Shown: in pieces, positions 6,696 to 14,513 of the stretch
Layout of the letters: the number at the start of each line of letters is the position of its first letter
Position numbering within the stretch: position 1 is the stretch's first letter
IMG/VR virus record: IMGVR_UViG_3300042905_002309
Location: 169,278-233,277 of that record
From: a virus
Taxonomy: Duplodnaviria > Heunggongvirae > Uroviricota > Caudoviricetes
Reading direction: 5' to 3' (one strand)
Length of the DNA: 64,000 nucleotides
Notes under the pieces: model-generated
Seen by the model: only the letters and a program-made list of their open reading frames with translations
What the model was told of the DNA's origin: nothing
Databases searched by the model: none
Program-made: the position numbers and the translations under genes

Positions 6696-7485
6696 ACTAA
6701 TTTTAATAATTTCTATTATAATCTTGGCGAATATTTCATATGGGAAGGGGTTCTGGTTTATTTCAATTCCCGTACATCAGGATAAAATACATCATATTGA
6801 TGATAATGGTAATGTTTATTATGATTCTGATGTCAAAGCTGATCAAAAAAGAAGTGCTGAAATTCAGAGACAAATAGATGCTAAATCTGGTCAATATTAT
6901 GAAGAATTTTTAAAAAATGATAGAAAATGGAAAGCAGAACGGGAAGAAAAAGAAAGAATAAAATTACAAAAACAAGCGGAATATCAAACTAAAAAGAATG
7001 ACTATGATGCGGAATATATTAACATTAATGTCAAATATAACTCAATATTATCTAACGCTGATGTGAATTATAAATCACCTCCAGATGTACTTTTACAATG
7101 CTTATCTGTTAGTAATAAATATGATCAAGAAATAATTAAACTTAAAAATAAATACTATAAACGAATTTCCTTTTTACAGGAACGACATGGCTTGAAGGAA
7201 GGATATTATAATAATGCAAAGGAATTAATGACTAGTAACGACCCCATTATGGTTAAAACTAGAACTAGAATGACAATGGAATATAATATTAAAATTGTAG
7301 AATTAAATAAAGAAATAAAAGATCAAATGTATGAATACGCACAGGTTCGGGATGAAAGAGTAAAAGAAATATTAAGATGGAATAAAAATAATACGTTGCG
7401 TGGTATTGATAAACAAAGAGAATCAAAACTAAAAGCATTAAAAGTTCCTGAACTGGAACGTCAATATAGTAATGATTATAATTAA
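6688..7485 (+). CDS. secreted K/N/Y/E-rich coiled-coil-like protein with an N-terminal signal peptide
   Basis: MNKLILIISIIILANISYG signal-like N-terminus. The gene is visibly more AT-rich than its neighbours. Confidence 0.6.
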   Translation: MNKLILIISIIILANISYGKGFWFISIPVHQDKIHHIDDNGNVYYDSDVKADQKRSAEIQRQIDAKSGQYYEEFLKNDRKWKAEREEKERIKLQKQAEYQTKKNDYDAEYININVKYNSILSNADVNYKSPPDVLLQCLSVSNKYDQEIIKLKNKYYKRISFLQERHGLKEGYYNNAKELMTSNDPIMVKTRTRMTMEYNIKIVELNKEIKDQMYEYAQVRDERVKEILRWNKNNTLRGIDKQRESKLKALKVPELERQYSNDYN

Positions 7486-7536
7486 TTATTCTTCAATATC
7501 TTGTGGTAGTTCAGGTTGTGGATGTGGAGAAGGGAT

Positions 7537-7716
7537 ATGAAATACTGCATAGATGATAAAATAATCACTGAATTGGCAAGATTGTTGAAATTTTCTTTAG
7601 ACAATCCGTATTTGTCGCAAATAGATTATAATCAACATCTTGAAGAGTCAAAAGTATTGTTGGAACGAGTGAAAAAGAAACAGTACGATTTGACATCTGA
7701 AAGAAGCTTGTTATAA
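7537..7716 (+). CDS. hypothetical protein
   Basis: ATG 7537 follows GGAGAAGGG. Confidence 0.5.
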   Translation: MKYCIDDKIITELARLLKFSLDNPYLSQIDYNQHLEESKVLLERVKKKQYDLTSERSLL

Positions 7717-7847
7717 TTATTTTCTTCTGAACGAAGTGAATAATTTTTAAGACGTTATGAAGAAGTTTTAAAGACTATTAAGAACAGTAAAGAGGATAAG
7801 CAGAGTATTAAGATTAAGAGAGCTTTATAAAGCTTTGAAAAGGATTT

Positions 7848-8066
7848 ATGACAACTGATGAAATAATTGATAAAGTAGTTGATGAATGGTTTGATAAGAA
7901 GTCTTCACAGTTCATGACACAAGAATCATTGATTAAGACTCTTAAAACCCGTTTTAATGAAGGTGTGTTTATTGATCTTAAAGATGCTTGTCCAGTGTGT
8001 AAAGAACAGTACAATTATACACCTATTTGTATTAATTGTGGTCGCATTCCGTTGATTGGAGCTTAA
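7848..8066 (+). CDS. small zinc-ribbon protein
   Basis: SD AAAAGGA upstream. CPVC...CINCG motifs. Confidence 0.6.
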   Translation: MTTDEIIDKVVDEWFDKKSSQFMTQESLIKTLKTRFNEGVFIDLKDACPVCKEQYNYTPICINCGRIPLIGA

Positions 8067-8067
8067 T

Positions 8068-8262
8068 ATGATACCTAAGAAGATTCGTAGAACGTTGACC
8101 ATTGACAAAGCTAGTTATGAGTATTGTGTAACTGGCAGGTTTGCTAAAAGCATCTTTGTAAAGAATTTAGGTACAAAGAAGAGTTTTAGTGTGTATATCG
8201 ATGATGAAGTTGGTATTCATCCGTGGGATATTAAAAAGTTGATTGGTGAAAAGAAAATCTGA
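8068..8262 (+). CDS. hypothetical protein
   Basis: ATG is 1 nt after the upstream stop. Confidence 0.55.
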   Translation: MIPKKIRRTLTIDKASYEYCVTGRFAKSIFVKNLGTKKSFSVYIDDEVGIHPWDIKKLIGEKKI

Positions 8263-8300
8263 AAATTGTTGTTGACGTTTTAAAGAATTTATGAGACACT
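8250..8300 (+). promoter_or_regulatory. promoter (TTGACG 8272-8277, N17, GACACT 8295-8300)
   Basis: Read directly from sequence. Would transcribe the roughly 200-nt non-coding tRNA-like region. Confidence 0.6.
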
Positions 8301-8322
8301 GATTTAAGTTGGATGCAGAAAG

Positions 8323-8400
8323 ACATTCGTAGCACGATTAGACTATGTGCAACTCCATTACAGGAGTCGAAAGCAGGAATTGGTCGGCCTGTCGGATGGA
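8323..8400 (+). pseudogene. degenerate tRNA-like element (copy 1)
   Basis: The cloverleaf can be drawn: acceptor 6/7 bp, D-stem GCAC/GTGC, stem ACTCC/GGAGT. However, the anticodon loop is 6 nt and the 10-nt T-loop lacks TTCGA. Confidence 0.35.
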
Positions 8401-8416
8401 ACAATAGTGAAATCTC
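8398..8416 (+). repeat. GGAACnnTnnGTGAAATC motif, copy d
   Basis: GGAACAATAGTGAAATCTC. Confidence 0.55.
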
Positions 8417-8433
8417 TGTACAACTAGCGCAGA

Positions 8434-8517
8434 ATTAAGGATAGACGTTTGGTAGTGTAATGGGAAACACGCACCTTTTATCAAGGTGAATAGCAGGTTC
8501 GATTCCTGCCCTTGGAA
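8434..8517 (+). ncRNA. aberrant tRNA-like element (copy 2; perfect T-arm, anticodon-arm-like CACCT-TTTATCA-AGGTG)
   Basis: GCAGG-TTCGATT-CCTGC T-arm and two alternative D-arms. The acceptor pairing is poor or shifted. 84 nt. Confidence 0.35.
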
Positions 8518-8532
8518 CAATTTGTGAAATCC
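8514..8532 (+). repeat. GGAACnnTnnGTGAAATCC motif, copy e
   Basis: GGAACAATTTGTGAAATCC. Confidence 0.55.
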
Positions 8533-8572
8533 CTTATTTTTTAATTTTGAGTTGTGTAAACGAAGGAATAAA

Positions 8573-8755
8573 ATGGAAGACGAAATTATGAATTTTGGTG
8601 GAAAATTTAATGCGGTTAAGGTTATTGTGTTGGTTGGATTAGGATTCGTTTTTATCTGTGGTTCAATAGGTTATCTAACTGACCATGTAATTGCAGGAAG
8701 TTTTATTGGGTTAGGAATTGCGTGTCTTGCGTCAGCTATTTATATTGAAAATTGA
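8573..8755 (+). CDS. small membrane protein
   Basis: ATG follows GAAGGA. Two hydrophobic segments. Confidence 0.55.
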   Translation: MEDEIMNFGGKFNAVKVIVLVGLGFVFICGSIGYLTDHVIAGSFIGLGIACLASAIYIEN

Positions 8756-8768
8756 AAGGAATAAAATT

Positions 8769-9446
8769 ATGCCAAATCATTATGCAACAAAGTTAGAGTT
8801 TACACACCCTGCACAATTGGCTATTGTTAAAGCTTTGTACAAGAATAAGGATTATGAAATCTGTCGTGATGTGATGCCAATGCCTGACATTTTTAATCAC
8901 ACTCAATCACCTTCCAATGGAATGTATTGTGAAGATGATCCACAATATCCTAAGTGTGGTATTAAAATTGGTGTGCGTGAGTTTACAGCAGAAGAACGTT
9001 TTATCTTTGTGCGAGAAGGTGTTGATAACTGGTATGATTGGGCTAATAAGAATTGGGGTACGAAGTGGGGAACCTATGATGCATCTTTTAGAAATGGATG
9101 CATGTATTTTAATTCAGCTTGGTGTCCACCGCAAGAAGTGATTTTCCAGAAATTTGCTGATAAATATAGTCTAAGTTTTGATGTTTGGGGTCATGATGAA
9201 GGTGTCAAAGATTTTGATTACTCTGGTGGATATGATGGTACTGATTATGAAGCACCAGAAGTTGATGTACAGGAACCTGTACAGGTTAAACGTATCAAAC
9301 CGATTAATCTTTGGGTAGTTGTTAAGGATGGTAAAGCTATTCCCGTTATATACTACACACGTAAAGAGGCACGTATGGTATCTAAGAAGGCTAAGACGTT
9401 TGGCATTAAATTAAGTGTTAAGAAAGCTTTGATTCAGAAAGGTTAA
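8769..9446 (+). CDS. hypothetical protein (W-rich motif NWYDWANKNWGTKWGTYDA)
   Basis: ATG 8769 follows AAAGGA. The motif vaguely recalls Api92/DUF1281-like proteins; this is unverified. Confidence 0.6.
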   Translation: MPNHYATKLEFTHPAQLAIVKALYKNKDYEICRDVMPMPDIFNHTQSPSNGMYCEDDPQYPKCGIKIGVREFTAEERFIFVREGVDNWYDWANKNWGTKWGTYDASFRNGCMYFNSAWCPPQEVIFQKFADKYSLSFDVWGHDEGVKDFDYSGGYDGTDYEAPEVDVQEPVQVKRIKPINLWVVVKDGKAIPVIYYTRKEARMVSKKAKTFGIKLSVKKALIQKG

Positions 9447-9447
9447 T

Positions 9448-9528
9448 ATGTTAGCATTTATTATTATGTGGAAGAGTGTTGTGAGTACGATTTGGAATGG
9501 TACAGAGAACAGCAATACAAATAAATGA
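9448..9528 (+). CDS. 26-aa micro-ORF coupled to the next gene
   Basis: SD AAAGG upstream. ATGA overlap with 9525. Confidence 0.3.
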   Translation: MLAFIIMWKSVVSTIWNGTENSNTNK

Positions 9529-9773
9529 AATTTACATTCAGCTATGAGAAGAAGTATCTTGAACACGTAACGATTGATATTCCTGATGATCTTGAAGTCT
9601 TGAAAGAAGGTATGATTATAGAATACAATGATGTTTATATCGCCAATACTGACCATCGTTTGCATGATGCGGATCGTTGGCACGTTGGTACAAAATTTCA
9701 TTCAGATTATAACATGCCATTTTTTCGTAAAAAGATTGAGAAACCATTTGACACAGTTCACTTAATCGTGTAG
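9525..9773 (+). CDS. hypothetical protein
   Basis: 82-aa ORF. Confidence 0.55.
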   Translation: MKFTFSYEKKYLEHVTIDIPDDLEVLKEGMIIEYNDVYIANTDHRLHDADRWHVGTKFHSDYNMPFFRKKIEKPFDTVHLIV

Positions 9774-9803
9774 AGTATTAACAAGTAAGTAACAAAGGAG
9801 TTT

Positions 9804-10067
9804 ATGAAATCGGAACTAGAAGTAGCAATGTCAGAGAGTCTAAAAACTGTTTACCCTTATTTGGGAAAACATATGATGCGTCCAGATTTTTTACCATCGA
9901 CAATGGTAGTAGTGTTGTTTGTTGCGCCGAAATGCGGGGTAGTTATGTATGTGGGTGAAGATCATAATAAGACTTATAGTAGAAGTAAGAAATTGGGTGA
10001 ATGGCGTACTGATTGGATTGAAGGGGTATTTGAACGTTTTGAAGGTAAATTGGTGATGGAAAATTAA
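9804..10067 (+). CDS. hypothetical protein
   Basis: SD AAAGGAG upstream. Confidence 0.6.
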   Translation: MKSELEVAMSESLKTVYPYLGKHMMRPDFLPSTMVVVLFVAPKCGVVMYVGEDHNKTYSRSKKLGEWRTDWIEGVFERFEGKLVMEN

Positions 10068-10068
10068 C

Positions 10069-10257
10069 ATGAAAACTAAGACACAAGAAAAGATTCAGTT
10101 GGCAAAGATGTATTATAATCTTATCATTGGTGATTGTTATGGACATAGACAATTAATGACCTATATGCGTTTGAAGTCGGAGTTGTTTGATAGTGGTTAC
10201 GAAGCTGATGAACAGGCAAAGAAAGTTGTTTTCAAGAAGTTTAATGTTAAAGGTTAA
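10069..10257 (+). CDS. hypothetical protein
   Basis: Start is 1 nt after the upstream stop. Confidence 0.5.
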   Translation: MKTKTQEKIQLAKMYYNLIIGDCYGHRQLMTYMRLKSELFDSGYEADEQAKKVVFKKFNVKG

Positions 10258-10276
10258 TTAAGAAAGGAATAAAATT

Positions 10277-10990
10277 ATGAAAGAGTCGAGTACGATTAGT
10301 GTGGTAGTTACAAAGGATAATAGCGTTGTGGCACTCTATGGCTATACGCCTGATGAGCAGGGTATCAAGGAAGCTAACGATCGTTACGGAAAACTTAGCA
10401 CGATTTATCTTGCCAAGTTTGAGTATAACGTTAGTCTCATTAAGTCAATGTACAAAGGTGCTAATGCATCCAATGTGCGTTATCTACAATCTAAGTATGA
10501 TGCGAAGCGTTTTGCCAAGATTGTTGATGGTAAGTTTGCAGAGATTAAGGAAGATGGTGTGAATCTTGGTGAAGTGGTCAACGGTCTTATCATCAAGGAT
10601 ATTCCTTATCTTCCTGAGAGTGGTGATTGGAAGGATTGTACCGAAGCGGATTACCAAGGTCTTGTGAAGCCTGTTGAACAGCCTGTGGCAAAGCCTATGG
10701 TTTGCAGTATCCACGAGTATATCAAGGATGTTGATGATAACCGTGTTGGTGTGTTCGTTGGTATTGGTGTCTGTGATTCAGGGTTCGATATCGGTTGGAG
10801 TAAAGTTAATGTGAACGCAGGTGATGTGTTCGATAAGTATGAAGGATTTAATATCGCTCTTAATCGAGCGCAAGAGTCTAAGCCTTATGAACAGAAGATT
10901 GCCGAAGTTCCTGATTCACTTTTGGATTACTACCAGTACTTCCAAGGTCGTTGTCAGCGTTACTTCAAGTGTGAACAGCTTTTGAAGTAA
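10277..10990 (+). CDS. hypothetical protein
   Basis: SD AAAGGA upstream; 237 aa. Confidence 0.65.
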   Translation: MKESSTISVVVTKDNSVVALYGYTPDEQGIKEANDRYGKLSTIYLAKFEYNVSLIKSMYKGANASNVRYLQSKYDAKRFAKIVDGKFAEIKEDGVNLGEVVNGLIIKDIPYLPESGDWKDCTEADYQGLVKPVEQPVAKPMVCSIHEYIKDVDDNRVGVFVGIGVCDSGFDIGWSKVNVNAGDVFDKYEGFNIALNRAQESKPYEQKIAEVPDSLLDYYQYFQGRCQRYFKCEQLLK

Positions 10991-11006
10991 GAAGAAGGAT
11001 ATTAAG

Positions 11007-11174
11007 ATGCTTGAGATTTTTTACAATTGGTCGTTGATTATGGCGTGGATGATCGCAGTGATTCATGGATTTTGGATTATCTTGCGTTTCATTAGGTCAA
11101 AGGATGTACCGTATAACTTTGTACTCTATTGGTTCCTTGTGTCAGTTGCGTGGTTGATTGTGAATCGTGGATAA
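11007..11174 (+). CDS. small membrane protein (55 aa)
   Basis: SD GAAGGA upstream. Two TM-like segments. Below the track size cutoff. Confidence 0.45.
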   Translation: MLEIFYNWSLIMAWMIAVIHGFWIILRFIRSKDVPYNFVLYWFLVSVAWLIVNRG

Positions 11175-11229
11175 GAAAACCTGAGTATTTCACAGAGTAG
11201 TTGACAAATCGATTACTCTGTGAGATACT
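11172..11229 (+). promoter_or_regulatory. conserved early-type promoter cassette (TTGACA 11201-11206, N17, GATACT 11224-11229)
   Basis: Read directly from sequence. Confidence 0.7.
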
Positions 11230-11279
11230 TATTAATAGTTGGAAGTAAACAGCAACACATTAACAGGATAGTAATAAAG

Positions 11280-11447
11280 ATGAAGAGTTTTCGGGTGTAT
11301 ATTTATAACATTGATGGTGACAAGAATCCAGAGGATATCATTGATACCTACAAGATTTGGGGTATGACGGAGAAGGAAGTCATGACCAAGCTTAACACAG
11401 AGTTGGGTGAGGGTTCAGACGATTGGAGCGTTGAGGAAGTTAAATAA
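11280..11447 (+). CDS. hypothetical 55-aa protein
   Basis: ATG 11280. The track start at 11220 lies in the promoter leader. Confidence 0.5.
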   Translation: MKSFRVYIYNIDGDKNPEDIIDTYKIWGMTEKEVMTKLNTELGEGSDDWSVEEVK

Positions 11448-11469
11448 AATTAGGATAAACTTTTGGAAT

Positions 11470-11721
11470 TTGCATGGATTTTGGTTCGTATTCTTCATGG
11501 CACTCTTTCCACGATTGACAATGTTAGTTACGGGTATTGCATTCATGCCGTATGCAGGATTGTTATATTGGTTTGGGTGGGTGTTAGCACCTCGATTGAC
11601 TGTAGCCGTTATTGCTACATTCATGTACTTTCACACTAATCCGATTTTGTGTGTGATTAGTTGGATTTGGGCTTTGGGTGGAGAATCAACTGAAAAGAAA
11701 TATGCTTGTAAATGTAAATAG
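11470..11721 (+). CDS. membrane protein (start uncertain; TTG 11470 or ATG 11497)
   Basis: Hydrophobic throughout (FWFVFFMALFPRLTMLVTGIAF...). Confidence 0.4.
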   Translation: MHGFWFVFFMALFPRLTMLVTGIAFMPYAGLLYWFGWVLAPRLTVAVIATFMYFHTNPILCVISWIWALGGESTEKKYACKCK

Positions 11722-11730
11722 GAGAATATT

Positions 11731-12057
11731 ATGTTAGACCATGAAATTGTTAATTTGACGAATACGATTATGGGTGTGTTGCGTGAACACGAATCACAAA
11801 TCACTCACACATCTTCAAAAGATCAAGATGAATTGATGCAAACCTTGGTCAAAGATGGTATTGAATTATTCTTCAAGAATCAGATTGCAGTGATCTGGAC
11901 GGTGGAAGATGTTCAGTCCGTGGCAAAAGGTGAAGGCATCGTAATGACCGATGATGAAGCCAATGAGATACTTGATCTAATGTTGGGCGATCATGATGCA
12001 AATGTTGGATTCAATTGGGATTCAATTCGATATACGGTATTGCATTACAAAGATTGA
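11731..12057 (+). CDS. hypothetical acidic protein
   Basis: SD AGGAG upstream. Confidence 0.6.
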   Translation: MLDHEIVNLTNTIMGVLREHESQITHTSSKDQDELMQTLVKDGIELFFKNQIAVIWTVEDVQSVAKGEGIVMTDDEANEILDLMLGDHDANVGFNWDSIRYTVLHYKD

Positions 12058-12167
12058 GAATAAATATTAGTAACAGCTAGACGAATGGATTGACAAATTA
12101 ACAAATCAATCGCCAGTAAATCTCCCCTGAAACTGGAAAGCGGGTATTAAGCCTCGCAACCTCCTTA

Positions 12168-12224
12168 TAAAAAACTTGAGTATTTCATAGAGTAGTTGAC
12201 AATGGAACGGCTGTAGTGCATACT
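12168..12224 (+). promoter_or_regulatory. conserved early-type promoter cassette (TTGACA 12196-12201, N17, CATACT 12219-12224)
   Basis: Read directly from sequence. Leader is TATTAACAGTTGAACG. Confidence 0.75.
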
Positions 12225-12276
12225 TATTAACAGTTGAACGTCATTAGTAACAAATCAAAACGAAAGTGTGAAGATT

Positions 12277-12531
12277 ATGTGCGAAGTTAAAACATGTTTG
12301 GAATGCAAGAAACTCATCCCCTGTCACAAGAAGGCTGAGAAGCGTGAAATGGTTATTTGTGCGGATTTCATTGACATGTATCCTGATGATGATGGTACTC
12401 TCACGATGGAAGAGATTCAGGCACTCAATGCCAGTATTCCAGAGGATGTTATTGAACCTGATTATACGGGATGTGAAGATGATCCTAATGATGTTAATCC
12501 TTGTGAGGGTTGTACCCTTTGTGGAGAATAA
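12277..12531 (+). CDS. acidic Cys-containing small protein
   Basis: ATG 12277. CxxC pairs at both ends. Confidence 0.55.
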   Translation: MCEVKTCLECKKLIPCHKKAEKREMVICADFIDMYPDDDGTLTMEEIQALNASIPEDVIEPDYTGCEDDPNDVNPCEGCTLCGE

Positions 12532-12548
12532 ATAAAATTTAATGTAAT

Positions 12549-12623
12549 GCTCCTAAAACTTTTATGGTGAAGTACCAGACTTTTAATCTGGTTAATTCAG
12601 TTCAAGTCTGAATAGGAGTACCA
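12549..12623 (+). tRNA. tRNA-Lys (anticodon UUU), CCA encoded
   Basis: Hand-folded cloverleaf. Acceptor GCTCCTA/TAGGAGT (G1-U72), D-arm ACTT-TTATGGTG-AAGT, anticodon arm CCAGA-CTTTTAA-TCTGG, T-arm TTCAG-TTCAAGT-CTGAA, then A-CCA. Confidence 0.85.
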
Positions 12624-12738
12624 AAACAATCCAAGAATCCCCAAGAGTAACGTGGTAGGGATAAACGAAGCAACACATTCATAGGCTCATTAGTGTTGTT
12701 GTGAATGAGACAGGGTTACTCACACTTTAAGGAATGTT

Positions 12739-12912
12739 ATGAATCGAGAAGAATTTATTAAACAGTTTGTGCTAAACTATACCGCTATTAAGTTCGCTAA
12801 CACCAATATTGGGACTCAAAGTTATGTAGATACTAAACGAGCAATTGAGAATGCTACATTTCTCGCTAAATCTCTCGCATATCGAGTATGGGATGAACTA
12901 CATAAGGATTAA
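12739..12912 (+). CDS. hypothetical 57-aa protein
   Basis: SD AAGGAA upstream. Below the track size cutoff. Confidence 0.45.
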   Translation: MNREEFIKQFVLNYTAIKFANTNIGTQSYVDTKRAIENATFLAKSLAYRVWDELHKD

Positions 12913-12919
12913 ATTTAAT

Positions 12920-13168
12920 ATGAAATATGTTATCGGTGATGATCTTTTTGCAGTAATTTTTAATGAAGCTATTTCACATGACAAGGTTCGTTGTGGTATG
13001 CGTATCACGAGTGCAGGGTTCTGTAGCATAGACCATAGCGGAGAAGATAGGTGTTTTGAAGATGATGTTATTGTGAAGGTTTGGGGAAAATCGGTCAGTC
13101 TAGGACTCGATTCACTTCCTGATGATGCAGAAATTATAAAGCAAACACTCAGTTTTAAAGGATTTTAA
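12920..13168 (+). CDS. hypothetical protein
   Basis: ATG 12920. The track start at 12845 overlaps the previous ORF. Confidence 0.55.
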   Translation: MKYVIGDDLFAVIFNEAISHDKVRCGMRITSAGFCSIDHSGEDRCFEDDVIVKVWGKSVSLGLDSLPDDAEIIKQTLSFKGF

Positions 13169-13171
13169 TTT

Positions 13172-13254
13172 GGCTACGTGGTGGAATTGGCATACACAAG
13201 GGACTTAAAATCCCTCGCTTCGGCATAAGGGTTCGACTCCCTTCGTAGCCACCA
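13172..13254 (+). tRNA. tRNA-Leu (anticodon UAA), type II, CCA encoded
   Basis: Acceptor GGCTACG/CGTAGCC, anticodon arm AGGGA-CTTAAAA-TCCCT, long variable arm CGCTTCGGCAT, T-arm AAGGG-TTCGACT-CCCTT, then A-CCA. Confidence 0.9.
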
Positions 13255-13260
13255 ATTTAT

Positions 13261-13380
13261 GGGAACGACCTATATGATAGATATGTTTAGTACTGGACAT
13301 ATTAATTCTATAATGGTAGATAGGTGAAAAGGGGTAGATATACCCAATATGTGGAAGTTCGACTCTTCCCGTTCCTGCCA
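13261..13380 (+). ncRNA. oversized (120 nt) tRNA-like gene of unknown identity
   Basis: Canonical acceptor GGGAACG/CGTTCCT, T-arm GGAAG-TTCGACT-CTTCC and G-CCA end. The 80-nt body contains a duplicated D-arm-like segment and a GGGTA-GATA-TACCC hairpin. No standard anticodon arm was found by hand. Confidence 0.4.
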
Positions 13381-13386
13381 ACTTGA

Positions 13387-13444
13387 AAAGAAAACTTGAG
13401 CATTTTAAAACAATATTGACAATTTAATCAGAAAGGTGTAAAGT
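13387..13444 (+). promoter_or_regulatory. early-type promoter (TTGACA 13416-13421, N17, TAAAGT 13439-13444)
   Basis: Read directly from sequence. Confidence 0.65.
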
Positions 13445-13451
13445 ATTAATT

Positions 13452-13625
13452 ATGACTATACAAGATGCTAAAGAGGTGCGTATCGGTGAATCGGTGTTGG
13501 TGAATGGTTGTTTGTCAACTGTGCTAAACACTATGCCATTGTCGGCAGATAAGGTGTTATTTGAAGTATGTAATAAATATGATGGTGTTATCGATGTAAC
13601 CCATCAAGAGATTGAATTGTTTTAA
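13452..13625 (+). CDS. hypothetical 57-aa protein
   Basis: ATG is 7 nt after the -10 box, so possibly leaderless. Below the track size cutoff. Confidence 0.45.
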   Translation: MTIQDAKEVRIGESVLVNGCLSTVLNTMPLSADKVLFEVCNKYDGVIDVTHQEIELF

Positions 13626-13650
13626 GGATAAATTGTGATGTAACAAGTAA

Positions 13651-13836
13651 ATGAAAGCCAAACCAATACCAAAAGTTTGTAAGTTTTGTGAAGTAGTGCC
13701 TGAATTGAAACGAGCGTCTAACCAGTTCAGGTATGAATGTCCTAAGTGCTTCTTATGCACACCTTTATATAAGAATAAGGTGAGGGCTAGAGGATATTGG
13801 AATAAATTTAATAAGAACTTGAAGAGTGAATTATGA
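13651..13836 (+). CDS. Lar-family-like zinc-ribbon protein (possible restriction alleviation)
   Basis: CKFC...CPKC followed by ...RGYWNKFN recalls the Lar family pattern CPFCG...C..C...A..WN.R. Confidence 0.4.
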   Translation: MKAKPIPKVCKFCEVVPELKRASNQFRYECPKCFLCTPLYKNKVRARGYWNKFNKNLKSEL

Positions 13837-14066
13837 AAAAAATTAAAGTAACTGGTTATGTGATTGAGACACCAGACGGTGATACACTCGATTCAACGTT
13901 TGATAATGATCCTACTGAATGTATCGGCAGATTTATGTATAAGTTTAATATCTTCACTAAACTTAATGAAGATGATCCATATCTTGATTATATTTGTTGG
14001 AATGATTTGTATGAAGATGGGTATCGAGTTGTGCCAGTAACTTTGACAGGAGTTGTAAGCAAATGA
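13833..14066 (+). CDS. hypothetical protein
   Basis: ATGA overlap with the upstream gene. Confidence 0.55.
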   Translation: MKKIKVTGYVIETPDGDTLDSTFDNDPTECIGRFMYKFNIFTKLNEDDPYLDYICWNDLYEDGYRVVPVTLTGVVSK

Positions 14067-14326
14067 GTATGCACATTAACGGTATGCCAATTGAAGTCTT
14101 TCGTCAGCAGATTCGTTTCAGCAAGGCGAAGAACATCACAGGTGATGCAGACCTTATCATTGGTGCATCACAGCCCCTTGACGATCAGATTAAATTTAAT
14201 GTGAACCCTGTAACTGGTACAATTGAGGTCTTGACAAGTGAAGTGCCTTCTGTTAGTGTTGTACCGATGGTTGAAGAAGTAAAAGAAATAGTAAATAAAG
14301 GAGAAAAAGATGAGCAAAACGTTTAA
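14063..14326 (+). CDS. hypothetical protein
   Basis: ATGA overlap with the upstream gene. Confidence 0.55.
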   Translation: MSMHINGMPIEVFRQQIRFSKAKNITGDADLIIGASQPLDDQIKFNVNPVTGTIEVLTSEVPSVSVVPMVEEVKEIVNKGEKDEQNV

Positions 14327-14504
14327 AACTAAGAATGACCCTTCTTTCCGTATTCCTACTGTTGTGATTGAAGTTCGTGGTGGAGTTCCTAATATTGTAA
14401 GGAAAGATAAATGTATCTCGTTGGTAATCAAGGACATGGATTGTGGTGATGATAATGAGAAACTTGGTAAAGATATCGTATCTCTTTCATATGAGAAAGT
14501 TTAA
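14310..14504 (+). CDS. hypothetical protein
   Basis: SD AAAGGAG upstream. Confidence 0.55.
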   Translation: MSKTFKTKNDPSFRIPTVVIEVRGGVPNIVRKDKCISLVIKDMDCGDDNEKLGKDIVSLSYEKV

Positions 14505-14513
14505 GAGTACAAT

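Noticed and set aside
8338-8520. 60-aa minus-strand ORF covering the non-coding tRNA-like region
   Set aside because: It overlaps the tRNA-like hairpins. It has no SD and lies antisense to a promoter-driven region.
12058-12167. Possible extra promoter TTGACA-N17-CCAGTA and a small hairpin in the 12058-12167 spacer
   Set aside because: The -10 candidate is poor, and the hairpin (CCAGT...ACTGG) is short. There is insufficient support.
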